In this document: one piece after another, positions 24,443-33,437 of the stretch
Layout: the number at the start of each line of letters is the position of its first letter
Numbering within the stretch: position 1 is the first letter of the stretch
DNA from: Candidatus Limnocylindria bacterium
Lineage (GTDB): Bacteria > Chloroflexota > Limnocylindria > QHBO01
Reading direction: 5' to 3'
Assembly (NCBI GenBank): GCA_046262115.1
Contig: JBHENJ010000067.1
Span: forward strand, 2,211 to 66,210
Length of the DNA: 64,000 nucleotides
Notes under the pieces: generated by a model
Databases searched by the model: none
The model's input: only the letters and a program-made list of their open reading frames with translations
What the model was told of the DNA's origin: nothing
Translations under genes and position numbers: made by a program

Positions 24443-25705
24443 TCAAGCCGACAGGGGTCCCATGGCTGCCGTGACGGCGGCCGCGAGGCGGCTCTCGGTC
24501 GGCCAGATCACGCGCGTCGCTCCCACGAACGACCGGTACGCCGCCAGCGCGCCGGCGAAGGCCGCGATGAACCCGGGCTCGGCGAGCGGCTCGAAGTTCG
24601 GCTCGAACGACAGGCCGAGGATGCGCAGCGTCTCGGGCGCCGCCCGCTCGACACGCGGCTCGATCCGTCCGACCAGCCGGTCGCCGAACAGGATCGGCAG
24701 CACGTAGTAGCCCCAGCGGCGCTTCGGCGCCGGCACGTAGACCTCCCAGAGATAGTCGAAGCCGAACAGCTCGCGCAAATGACCTCGGTCCCAGACGAGC
24801 GGATCCAGGGGCGCCAGGAACGAGACGCCGGGATGACGACGCGTGCCCGCGCGTCGCGCCGCTTCGAGCACGGCTCGCTCCTCCCCGAGGGCGTGCCGGA
24901 TCCCGGGCAGTCCGTCGACCTCCACGCGGATCCGCGTTCCGTCCTCGACGAGACCGGCGATGAGTGCCGTGCGCTCCACCTTCGTGCCGGTGGCGTACAG
25001 CACCTCGCCCAGCGGCCGCGGCCCCACGAGACCGACGGCGCGGAATCGCGACAGAAGCCGGTGACGTTGCGACTCCTCGCGGGGCACGCGGCGCGACAAC
25101 ACGTCGCCGGGGAAGAGCCGCTCCACGAGGTCGTAGTAGCGTCGGTTGCCGTTCCGGCGAGAGATTCCCAGCCGCCCGGCGGTGAAGAGCGCCTCCAGCA
25201 CGGCACGTGCGACGCGGGTGGGGGCCCACCACCAGTCGATCGACGCGGTGTACTCGGTGAACGCGGCTGTCGAGAGTGGGCCCTCGCTCCGGATACGCTC
25301 GAGGATCGCCGTCGCCACGTCCCGCTGCTCCGCGAGGATATTCGCGTCGTGGTACGCGCTGCTGCGGTCCCACGCGATCCGGTAGTAGGGCAGTTCCTCC
25401 AGCGGCAGGATGTTGAGCGACTTGTTGTAGGCCTCGAACAGGCGGCGTTTTTCCGGTGGCCCGTACAGCCATCGGTCGCACCACTCGTGGCGGTAGTCGC
25501 GGATCCGTGCATGCAGCACGAGGTCGTGGTTGCGCGCGCCCGGGACCTCGAGCGGGTCGAATTGCAGGAGCCCCAACCGTTCGACCACGCGAAGGACCGA
25601 TTCCGGCTTCGCCGGCAGCGACCGCGGCGGGTCGAGCAGGTGGCGCCGGACGAGGAAGCGTCGCGCCTGCTGCGGCGTCACGGTCAGGACGGAGGCATCG
25701 GTCAT
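24443..25705 (-). CDS. YcaQ/AlkZ-family (HTH_42, winged-helix) DNA glycosylase candidate
   Basis: A protein of about 420 aa with the QFD (Q-phi-D) catalytic motif in LGLLQFDPLEV near the N-terminus, as in YcaQ-like interstrand-crosslink glycosylases. The overall pattern is of the DUF1006/YcaQ type. Confidence 0.6.
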   Translation of the reverse strand: MTDASVLTVTPQQARRFLVRRHLLDPPRSLPAKPESVLRVVERLGLLQFDPLEVPGARNHDLVLHARIRDYRHEWCDRWLYGPPEKRRLFEAYNKSLNILPLEELPYYRIAWDRSSAYHDANILAEQRDVATAILERIRSEGPLSTAAFTEYTASIDWWWAPTRVARAVLEALFTAGRLGISRRNGNRRYYDLVERLFPGDVLSRRVPREESQRHRLLSRFRAVGLVGPRPLGEVLYATGTKVERTALIAGLVEDGTRIRVEVDGLPGIRHALGEERAVLEAARRAGTRRHPGVSFLAPLDPLVWDRGHLRELFGFDYLWEVYVPAPKRRWGYYVLPILFGDRLVGRIEPRVERAAPETLRILGLSFEPNFEPLAEPGFIAAFAGALAAYRSFVGATRVIWPTESRLAAAVTAAMGPLSA

Positions 25706-25782
25706 GCGGGCGCGATTATCGCGGCGGAGAATGGCCGCACTCGCCGCATCGGAGAACCGCCGTGTCGCTCACAACCACGGAG

Positions 25783-26427
25783 ATGACGCCCGAGCTCCAG
25801 GACTACCTCGTCTCGATCAGCGTCCGCGACCACCCGGTCCTGGTCAGGCTGCGCGAGGAGACGGCGCGCCTGTCGGAGGCCAACATGCAGATCGGTCCCG
25901 AGCAGGGCGCGTTCATGCAGGTGCTGGTCGAGATGCTCGGCGCGCGGCGCTGTCTCGAGCTTGGCGTATTCACCGGCTACAGCTCGCTCGTCGTCGCGCT
26001 GGCGATGCCGTCCGACGGCCGCATCACGGCCTGCGACGTGAGCGAGGAGTGGACCTCCATCGCACGACGCTATTGGGCGGAGGCCGGCGTCGCGGACAGG
26101 ATCGACCTGAGGCTGGCGCCGGCGACGGAGACGCTCGACGCGCTGCTTCGCGACGGAGCGGCGGGCACGTACGACTTCGCGTTCATCGACGCGGACAAGT
26201 CCGAGTACGACACGTACTACGAGCGGACGATCGAGCTGCTGCGGCCGGGCGGGCTGATGGCCATCGACAACGTCTTCTGGGGCGGTGAGGTCGTGGACCA
26301 GACGAGGCACGACGCCGACCTGGACGCGATCCGCGCCCTCAATGCCAGGATCGTCACGGACGAGCGCGTGACAATGTGCGTCGTGCCAATCGCCGATGGC
26401 CTGACGCTTGCGCGGAAACGCGGGTAG
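25783..26427 (+). CDS. Class I SAM-dependent O-methyltransferase (caffeoyl-CoA OMT family 3)
   Basis: VLELGVFTGYSSL...FIDADK...D are the OMT motifs. The ATG at 25783 is in the tool frame, and an alternative GTG lies at 25763. Confidence 0.7.
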   Translation: MTPELQDYLVSISVRDHPVLVRLREETARLSEANMQIGPEQGAFMQVLVEMLGARRCLELGVFTGYSSLVVALAMPSDGRITACDVSEEWTSIARRYWAEAGVADRIDLRLAPATETLDALLRDGAAGTYDFAFIDADKSEYDTYYERTIELLRPGGLMAIDNVFWGGEVVDQTRHDADLDAIRALNARIVTDERVTMCVVPIADGLTLARKRG

Positions 26428-26486
26428 CGGAGGCGGGCTGGCGGCCGTCCCTATACTCACGGCCGAAGGGACCGAACCCGCCCCGC

Positions 26487-26700
26487 ATGGTCATCGTCAT
26501 CGCGGCCGTGGCGCTTCTCGTCATCCGCCTGTCGTTGACGCTCATCCCCATCGGGCCGCTCGACGACTTCCCGCTCCGATACGTCCACCCGACGTTCCTG
26601 AACTATGGGTACGCGGTCGACCGTCAGCTTGGCTACATGTGCCTCCCCGCCGCGCCGATCCTCTCATCGTCGGCTCACTCTTTCCGGGTATCTGACAGGC
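26487..26700 (+). CDS. Hypothetical small membrane protein (MVIVIAAVALLVIRLSLTLIPIG...); the end point is uncertain
   Basis: It has an N-terminal TM helix, but the tool ORF continues into a low-complexity tail that is probably not real. It is similar to the next small ORF. Confidence 0.25.
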
Positions 26701-26704
26701 ACCG

Positions 26705-26878
26705 ATGCGCGGTACCCAGCACGCCCCGCGCTTCATCACGATCGTCATCGCCGCGGCACTTGTCGTGGTGGGTGTCCTGGGCACGTTCGCCGGCGTCCTG
26801 CCGGACACGATCGGCGTCTCGTCGTACGTCGCCGCGTTCGTGCTCCTGATCATCGGGGTCTTGATCCGGCAGATCTGA
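26705..26878 (+). CDS. Hypothetical 57-aa two-TM membrane protein (MRGTQHAPRFITIVIAAALVVVGVLGTFAGVLPDTIGVSSYVAAFVLLIIGVLIRQI)
   Basis: It forms a clean TM hairpin. It falls below the ORF-track size cutoff. Confidence 0.35.
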   Translation: MRGTQHAPRFITIVIAAALVVVGVLGTFAGVLPDTIGVSSYVAAFVLLIIGVLIRQI

Positions 26879-26982
26879 TGGGTCTGCCCCGACCGATGGC
26901 GAGACCGGCGACGCGCTTCGGACCTGTGTGAGAGCGCCACGCGGGCGCAGGTGAGACGATCCGAGTCGAGGAGGACCCCGCC

Positions 26983-27486
26983 ATGCAGAAGATCACCCCC
27001 AACCTCTGGTTCGACGACCAGGCCGAAGACGCGGCGAACTTCTACGTCTCCGTCTTCACGTCCGAGCGCAGGCCCGGCTCGAGCGCCCGCGACTCGAGGA
27101 TCGTGGAGGTCTCGCGCTACGGTGAAGCCGGGCCACGGCCCGCCGATATGGTTCTGACCGTCAACTTCCGGCTCGACGGCCAGGAGTTCACGGCGTTGAA
27201 CGGCGGCCCCGACTTCAAGTTCACAGAGGCCGTGTCGTTCCTCGTGAACTGCGAATCGCAGGAAGAGGTCGACTACTTCTGGGATGCGCTCGTCGACGGC
27301 GGCGAGCCCGGGCAGTGCGCATGGCTCAAGGACCGATACGGCCTGTCATGGCAGATCGTGCCGACCGCGCTGGCCGGGCTGCTCAGCGACCCGGATCCCG
27401 AGAAGTCGCAGCGTGTCATGAAGGCGATGCTGGCGATGACCAAGATAGAGATCGACGAACTCGAGCGCGCTGCGGAAGCGGCGTAA
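26983..27486 (+). CDS. VOC-family protein (3-demethylubiquinone-9 3-methyltransferase-like / PhnB-like domain)
   Basis: MQKITPNLWFDDQAEDAANFYVSVF...GQCAWLKDRYGLSWQIVP is the signature. A GAGGAGG Shine-Dalgarno sequence is present. Confidence 0.75.
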   Translation: MQKITPNLWFDDQAEDAANFYVSVFTSERRPGSSARDSRIVEVSRYGEAGPRPADMVLTVNFRLDGQEFTALNGGPDFKFTEAVSFLVNCESQEEVDYFWDALVDGGEPGQCAWLKDRYGLSWQIVPTALAGLLSDPDPEKSQRVMKAMLAMTKIEIDELERAAEAA

Positions 27487-27502
27487 CTCCGATCGAACCG
27501 GC

Positions 27503-28321
27503 TCAGCCGGGCGGCGGCGGCGCGCCGAGCAACGTGGGCAGGACGCTGCCGAAGAAGTAGCCCGCGATCCCGGCGAAGGCTCCCAGTGCCAGGATCTCGA
27601 GACCGGACACCAGCGGGTTGCGGCGCGTCCATCGGCTCTTGACGACGCCGAGCCCGAACAGCACCAGCGCGGTCGCGACCACCGACGCATACGCGCCCGA
27701 CTGCACCGGGAGGAATACGTACGGCAGGATCGGGACGGCCGCGCCGGCGCCGAAGGCCGCGCCCATCACCAGTGCGCCCTGCAAGGGCGTGCCGGCGTGG
27801 TCCTCCACGCGGAGCCCGAGCTCCTTCTCGACCATGGTCTTGAGCAGCACCTCGGGGTGTCGCGCGAGCGACGCCGCGACTTGGGTGGCGGCCTCACGGG
27901 GCAGCCCGTCCTCCTCGAACATGTAGGCGATCTCCGCCTCCGCCTCGCCGGGGCGCTCGAGGACCTCCTCGCGCTCGTCGACGATCTGGGCGTCGAAGAT
28001 CTCGCGCTGGCTCTTGCTGCTCATGAACTCGCCGGCCGCCATGCTGAAGACGCCCGCGAGCCCGGACGCGATCCCCGCGACCAGGATCGGGAAGCGGTTG
28101 AAGGTGGCGCCCCCGACGGTGCTGACGACGGCCAGCGTGCTCACGAGCCCGTCCTGCGCCCCGAAGATGACCTCCCGGATCTCGCCGAGCAGGCTCGAGT
28201 TGCGGCGCTCGCTCGCGAGGTGCTGGCGCAGCCACTCGCGATCGAAGCTCGCGGCGTGGCGCGGGTGGGACCCCGCCGATCTGGGGGCGCGTGCCGCGAC
28301 GTGGTCGCTCGTGTGTGACAT
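27503..28321 (-). CDS. VIT1/CCC1-family iron/manganese transporter
   Basis: A VIT-family TM core lies after the N-terminal region (start at MSHTSDHV), and a conserved FGAQDGLVSTLAVV stretch is present. I start at the ATG at 28321, whereas the tool ORF is over-extended to 29404. Confidence 0.7.
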   Translation of the reverse strand: MSHTSDHVAARAPRSAGSHPRHAASFDREWLRQHLASERRNSSLLGEIREVIFGAQDGLVSTLAVVSTVGGATFNRFPILVAGIASGLAGVFSMAAGEFMSSKSQREIFDAQIVDEREEVLERPGEAEAEIAYMFEEDGLPREAATQVAASLARHPEVLLKTMVEKELGLRVEDHAGTPLQGALVMGAAFGAGAAVPILPYVFLPVQSGAYASVVATALVLFGLGVVKSRWTRRNPLVSGLEILALGAFAGIAGYFFGSVLPTLLGAPPPPG

Positions 28322-28435
28322 CGGTCTTCCCATCGTATCCGGGAACCGATGGTGGCGGCACCGCGTCACACCCGGCAACAACGCGATGAACGCCCGAACC
28401 GGCGGACGCGTAGCACTGAAGAGAGAGTCAACCCA

Positions 28436-29353
28436 ATGCACGCAACCAGACTTCCACGGGTGGCGGCGCTCGGCGCCACGGTCCTCCTCGCAGGCCTCGT
28501 GGCCGCATGCTCGGGCGGCGCCGTCGCGATGCCGATCGGCGCCGGGAGCGGGGCGCCCGAGGCAGCTGCCCTGGGGTCGGACACCGATGAGGGCCAGCGA
28601 GGGATCGCCGAGGGTAACGACTCCGCCAACGGTGGGGCGATCGCCGACCTCGCGCTCAACCTCGAGCGGCGGATCATCCAGATCGGTGAGGTGTCGATCG
28701 AAGTCGAGGACGTCGAGGCGACGCTCACCGAGGTTCGGGCCGTGGCCAGCGCGCTCGGCGGCTACGTGGCGGCCACCGAGGCGAGCGACGTCGCCGACAG
28801 TGGCGCCTCGCTCACGCTGCGCATCCCGGCCGAGCAGTTCGACGAGGCGCTGGGGCGCCTCCACGACGTGGGCGAGGTGCTCCACGAGTCGACGCACGAG
28901 GAGGACGTGACGAGCGCGATCGTCGACCTTGAGGCGCGGATCGAGAACCTGCGGGCCTCCGAGGTCACGTATCGGTCGCTGCTCGAGCGCGCGACCGATA
29001 TCGAGGACATCCTGGCCGTCCAGAGCCGGCTCGACGAGGTCCGCAGCCAGATCGAGCAGCTCGACGCCCAGGCGCAGTCGCTGAGCGGCCAGGCGGACCT
29101 CTCGACGCTCACCGTCCGCCTCGTCCCACAGCCGCTGCCGGTCGAGGAGTCGACCGAGGGCTGGAACCCCGGCGAGTCCGCGGAGCAGGCGGTCGCGGCG
29201 CTGCTGACGCTCGGCCGTGGTCTGCTCACCGCGCTGATCTGGATCGCGATCGTGCTGCTGCCGCTGGGCATCGTGTTCGGCGTGGCTGCGCTGCTCGTGC
29301 TTCGCCTGACCGGCGTGTTCCGACGCCGGACGGTGGAGCAGCCTCCGGCATAG
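28436..29353 (+). CDS. DUF4349-domain lipoprotein (coiled-coil plus C-terminal TM anchor)
   Basis: A lipobox (LVAACSGG) near the N-terminus (start at MHATRLPRV), the DUF4349-like region LERRIIQIGEVSIEVEDVEATL...ENLRASEVTYRSLLERATDIEDIL, and a C-terminal TM segment. Confidence 0.6.
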   Translation: MHATRLPRVAALGATVLLAGLVAACSGGAVAMPIGAGSGAPEAAALGSDTDEGQRGIAEGNDSANGGAIADLALNLERRIIQIGEVSIEVEDVEATLTEVRAVASALGGYVAATEASDVADSGASLTLRIPAEQFDEALGRLHDVGEVLHESTHEEDVTSAIVDLEARIENLRASEVTYRSLLERATDIEDILAVQSRLDEVRSQIEQLDAQAQSLSGQADLSTLTVRLVPQPLPVEESTEGWNPGESAEQAVAALLTLGRGLLTALIWIAIVLLPLGIVFGVAALLVLRLTGVFRRRTVEQPPA

Positions 29354-29493
29354 CGGGGCCGCTTGGGATCGGACGGGTGCCCCGCGCGACGATCCGCGGA
29401 GCACCCGAGCGTGAATCGGCCGCTCCGAGGTCGCTCCATGCGGTAGACTCGATCGACCTTTAATCCGGCACGGAGAGGCCGGGAAGGAGACCG

Positions 29494-30657
29494 ATGGCTC
29501 TGCACCAGCTCGAGACGCCCGCCGCGACGACGCGGTCGGCGTCTTCTTTGTATCCGGGGATCCTGGCGCTCGAGGGTGGCAGCGTCTACGCCGGGCGGCT
29601 CTTTGGCGCGCCGGTCGAGGCCCACGGCGAGCTCATCTTCACGACCGCCGCGTCGGGCTGGGGCGAGATCGTCAGCGACCCGTCGTACGCGGGACAGATC
29701 GTCGTGCTCACGCACCCGATGGTCGGCAACTACCGGATCCGCGACGACGAGCTCGAGTCCGAGCGGGTCCAGGCGCGTGCCATCGTGGCGTCCCGCCTGA
29801 TGGAGCCGCCGGAGGGCCCGGGGCGCAGCCTCCATGCGTTGCTGACCGGTGCGGGCGTGCCCGCGCTATCAGGCATCGACACCCGCGCGCTGACGCTGGA
29901 GATCCGCCGCGGAGCGCGACGCCGCGCCGTGATCCATCCCGTGGCCGGCGATCCAGCGGAGCGCGCTTCGGCCGTCGAGGCGGCGCGCACCAGCCCGTCA
30001 TGGGACGCCGTCGATCACGTGGCGACCGTCTCGCCGCGCTCGCCTTACGTCGTCGCGGCGCGCGGAGAGCGACGCGCGCGCGCGGTCCTGCTGGACATGG
30101 GCGTCAAGCGCTCGCTGCTGGCCGCGCTCGCGGCACGCGGGCTCGAGATCGCCGCCTACCCGCATGACGCCACGGCGGAGGCGCTCCTCGCGACGGGACC
30201 CGACCTCGTCGTGCTCTCGCCGGGTCCGGGTGATCCGGCGCGGATGGAGCCGCAGATCGACACCGTTCGGCAGCTCGCGGCGGCGGCGCTCGATGGTGGA
30301 CCGCCGGTGCTCGGGATCTGCCTGGGCCATCAGCTTCTCGCGCTCGCCGCCGGCGCGGCGACGCGGCGGCTGGTGGTCGGCCACCACGGCGGCAACCATG
30401 CGGTGCGCGAAGAGCCATCGGGTCGCGTGGACATCGGGGCGCACAACCACGAGGTGACAGTGGTCGACGACGAGCGGCTTCGTGCGGCGGAGTACCGGGT
30501 CACGCATCGAGACCTCAACGACGGCACCGTCGAAGGCCTGGCGCACGCCTCGGGACGCATCGCATCGGTCCAGTTCCATCCCGAGGGTGCGCCGGGACCG
30601 ACCGATGCGGCGCGCATCTTCGACCTCGCGCTCGACGCATGCCGCGCCGCGTCCTGA
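29494..30657 (+). CDS. carA: Carbamoyl-phosphate synthase small (glutaminase) subunit
   Basis: GICLGHQLLALA plus HH...E is the glutamine amidotransferase class I triad. A GGAAGGAGA Shine-Dalgarno sequence is present. Confidence 0.9.
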   Translation: MALHQLETPAATTRSASSLYPGILALEGGSVYAGRLFGAPVEAHGELIFTTAASGWGEIVSDPSYAGQIVVLTHPMVGNYRIRDDELESERVQARAIVASRLMEPPEGPGRSLHALLTGAGVPALSGIDTRALTLEIRRGARRRAVIHPVAGDPAERASAVEAARTSPSWDAVDHVATVSPRSPYVVAARGERRARAVLLDMGVKRSLLAALAARGLEIAAYPHDATAEALLATGPDLVVLSPGPGDPARMEPQIDTVRQLAAAALDGGPPVLGICLGHQLLALAAGAATRRLVVGHHGGNHAVREEPSGRVDIGAHNHEVTVVDDERLRAAEYRVTHRDLNDGTVEGLAHASGRIASVQFHPEGAPGPTDAARIFDLALDACRAAS

Positions 30658-33428
30658 TCATCGGCTCCGGGCCGATCGTCATCGGTCAGGCTGCCGAGTT
30701 CGACTATGCAGGCGTGCAGGCGTGCCTGGCGTTGCGCGGCGCGGGGGTCGAGACACTGCTCGTCAACTCCAACCCGGCGACGGTGATGACCGATCCCGAC
30801 GTCGGCGGCACCGTGCTGATCGGCCCGCTCAGCGTTGAGAACCTGACGCGGATCGTCGAGGAGCACCGCCCCGATGCGCTGCTGCCCACGCTGGGCGGAC
30901 AGACCGGCCTCAACCTGGCGGTCGCGCTCGACGATGCGGGCGTCCTGCGTCGCCACGGCGTCGAGGTGCTCGGGACGCCGCTGGCGGCGGTGCGCGCGGC
31001 GGAGGACCGCGGCGGGTTCAGGGACCTCGTGACGGCGATGGGCGAGCCCGTTCCCGAGAGCGCGGTCGTCGAGGACGTCGAGTCGGGGCTGCGCTTCGTC
31101 CGCGGCGTCGGGACGCCGGTCGTCATACGGCCCGCGTACACGCTCGGCGGCGGCGGCGGCGGGTTCGCCTTCGACCTCGACGAGGCGCGCGCCCGCATCG
31201 GCGCCGGGCTCGCTGCGAGTCCAATCGGCCAGGTGCTCGTGGAGCGCTCCCTCCTGGGCTGGCAGGAGATCGAGTTCGAGGTCCTGCGCGACCGCGCCGA
31301 CACCGCCATTGCCGTCTGCGGCATGGAGAACTTCGACCCGATGGGCGTTCACACCGGCGACTCGGTCGTCGTCGCGCCCATCCAGACGCTGCCCGACGCG
31401 GTCGTCCAGCGGCTGCGCTGGTGCGCGCTGAAGATCGTCCGCGCGCTCGGCATCGAGGGTGGCTGCAACGTCCAGCTGGCGGTCGCGCCCGATGGCTCCG
31501 ACTACCGCGTCATCGAAGTCAATCCGCGCGTGAGCCGGTCCAGCGCGCTGGCCTCCAAGGCGACCGGCTACCCAATCGCGAGGGTCGCCGCGCTTCTCGC
31601 GCTCGGCACCCGGTTGGACGAGCTTCCGAACCCGGCGACTCGTGGGGGCTCGGCGGCGTTCGAGCCTGCGCTCGACTATGTGGTCGTGAAGCTGCCGCGC
31701 TGGCCGTTCGACAAGTTCCCGCTGGCGGACCGATCGCTGGGGGTGCAGATGAAGGCGACCGGCGAGGCGATGGCCATCGACCGCGAGTTCGGCCCCGCGC
31801 TGCTCAAGGCGATCCGCTCGGTCGAGCCGCGGCGGCGCGGCTGGCTCTGGGAGGATGAAGCGTGGGGGGTCGAACGCGGCGGCCCGGACAACCTTCGCGT
31901 CTTCCTGGAACCGTCCGACACGCGGCTCTGGCGACTCGTGGCCGTGCTGCGCCACGGATTGAGCGATGCCGCCGAGCTCGCGGCCCTGACGGGGATCAAT
32001 CCATGGTTCACGGAACGCCTCGCCGAGCTCGTCGCCGCCGAGACGAAGGTAGTGGGAGCCCCGCTCGACGAGGCGAAATCGGCGGGCTTCGGGGACGCCG
32101 ACATCGGCTTGCTGTCGGGAGTGCCGGCCGCAGCCGTCCGGCGTGCACGGGTGCGCGCCGGCATCGGCCCCGCCTACCGCCGCGTCGACACCTGCGCCGG
32201 CGAGTTCCCGGCCGAGACCCCCTACTTCTACTCGAGCTACGCGGCGCCCGAGGTGGCACCGCCCGCCGGCCGCCGCTCGGTGATTGTCGTCGGCTCGGGG
32301 CCCATCGGCATCGGCCAGGGGATCGAGTTCGACTACTGCTCGGTGCGCGCCGCGTGGGCGATCCGTCGGATGGGCTATGACGCGGTGGTCGTCAACAACA
32401 ATCCCGAGACGGTCAGCACCGACTACGACGCCTGCAGCCGCCTCTACTTCGAGCCGCTCGACACCGAGAGCGTGCTCGACGTGATCGATCACGAGCGGGC
32501 GCTCACCGGCGAGCCGCCGCACGTCGTGCTGACGTTCGGCGGACAGACCGCCATCGACCTCGCGAGAGACCTCGCCTACGCCGACGTGCCGATCGCCGGG
32601 CTCACCGCCGACGCGATCGAGATCACCGAGGACCGCGAGCGCTTCGCGCAGTTGCTGGAAGAGCTGGGCATCGACGCTCCGCGCGGCCTACCCGCGGCCG
32701 ATGCGGAACAGCTCCACGCGGCGGTCGCAACGCTGGGGCTGCCGGTGATCGTCCGGCCTTCGTGGGTGATCGGCGGCCGGGGGATCACCGTCATACGGAC
32801 ACTCGACGATCTGCGCGAGCTCCTCGCGGGCGGCGGAATCGCATGGCCGCTGCGCGTCGACGAGCTGGTGGACGGGATCGAGCTCGACATCGATGCGGTC
32901 TCCGATGGCGAGGCGACGTGCGTGCCCGGCATCCTCGAACAGCTCGATCCGCCGGGCATCCATTCCGGCGACAGCGCCGCCGTCGTCCCGCCGCAGCGGC
33001 TGTCGCGCGCGGTCCAGGAACGAGCCGCGGACGTCGCCGCGCGGATCGCGGCGGCACTCGGCGTGCGCGGCATCATCAACGTCCAGGCAGTCGTCGACGG
33101 GGATCGCATCGTCGTCATCGAGGCCAACCCCCGGGCGAGCCGCACCGTTCCGATCCTCGCCAAGGCCACCGGACACGACATCGTGGCAGCGGCCGTCCGG
33201 TGTGCCCTCGGCGCTTCGCTGACCGACGTCGGGCTCGCGACAGGGCTGTTTCCCGATGCGCCACTCGTCGCGGTCAAGTGGCCGGTCGACTCGCTTTGGA
33301 GGCTGCCCGGCGTGGACCGGAACGTCGGTCCCGAGATGCGCTCCACGGGAGAGGTGCTGGGACTCGAGGCCACCTACGCGGATGCGCTTCGATCCGCCCG
33401 CGATGCGGTCGTCCCGCACCAGCGATAG
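30639..33428 (+). CDS. carB: Carbamoyl-phosphate synthase large subunit, 929 aa, lacking the C-terminal MGS-like allosteric domain
   Basis: Two ATP-grasp halves, each with an IGQA/IGQG(I)EFDY motif. The protein ends right after the ...MRSTGEV motif. It overlaps carA by 19 nt. Confidence 0.9.
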   Translation: MPRRVLIIGSGPIVIGQAAEFDYAGVQACLALRGAGVETLLVNSNPATVMTDPDVGGTVLIGPLSVENLTRIVEEHRPDALLPTLGGQTGLNLAVALDDAGVLRRHGVEVLGTPLAAVRAAEDRGGFRDLVTAMGEPVPESAVVEDVESGLRFVRGVGTPVVIRPAYTLGGGGGGFAFDLDEARARIGAGLAASPIGQVLVERSLLGWQEIEFEVLRDRADTAIAVCGMENFDPMGVHTGDSVVVAPIQTLPDAVVQRLRWCALKIVRALGIEGGCNVQLAVAPDGSDYRVIEVNPRVSRSSALASKATGYPIARVAALLALGTRLDELPNPATRGGSAAFEPALDYVVVKLPRWPFDKFPLADRSLGVQMKATGEAMAIDREFGPALLKAIRSVEPRRRGWLWEDEAWGVERGGPDNLRVFLEPSDTRLWRLVAVLRHGLSDAAELAALTGINPWFTERLAELVAAETKVVGAPLDEAKSAGFGDADIGLLSGVPAAAVRRARVRAGIGPAYRRVDTCAGEFPAETPYFYSSYAAPEVAPPAGRRSVIVVGSGPIGIGQGIEFDYCSVRAAWAIRRMGYDAVVVNNNPETVSTDYDACSRLYFEPLDTESVLDVIDHERALTGEPPHVVLTFGGQTAIDLARDLAYADVPIAGLTADAIEITEDRERFAQLLEELGIDAPRGLPAADAEQLHAAVATLGLPVIVRPSWVIGGRGITVIRTLDDLRELLAGGGIAWPLRVDELVDGIELDIDAVSDGEATCVPGILEQLDPPGIHSGDSAAVVPPQRLSRAVQERAADVAARIAAALGVRGIINVQAVVDGDRIVVIEANPRASRTVPILAKATGHDIVAAAVRCALGASLTDVGLATGLFPDAPLVAVKWPVDSLWRLPGVDRNVGPEMRSTGEVLGLEATYADALRSARDAVVPHQR

Positions 33429-33437
33429 CGAGCGCGG

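Noticed and set aside
28322-28435. Looked for a metal-sensing riboswitch (yybP-ykoY) or IdeR box upstream of the VIT1 transporter
   Set aside because: No recognisable conserved motif was found. Only weak GC-rich dyads are present.
29353-29385. Hairpin GCGGGGC-N19-GCCCCGC after the DUF4349 gene, as a possible terminator
   Set aside because: The loop is too large and there is no U-tract, so it is not a convincing intrinsic terminator.
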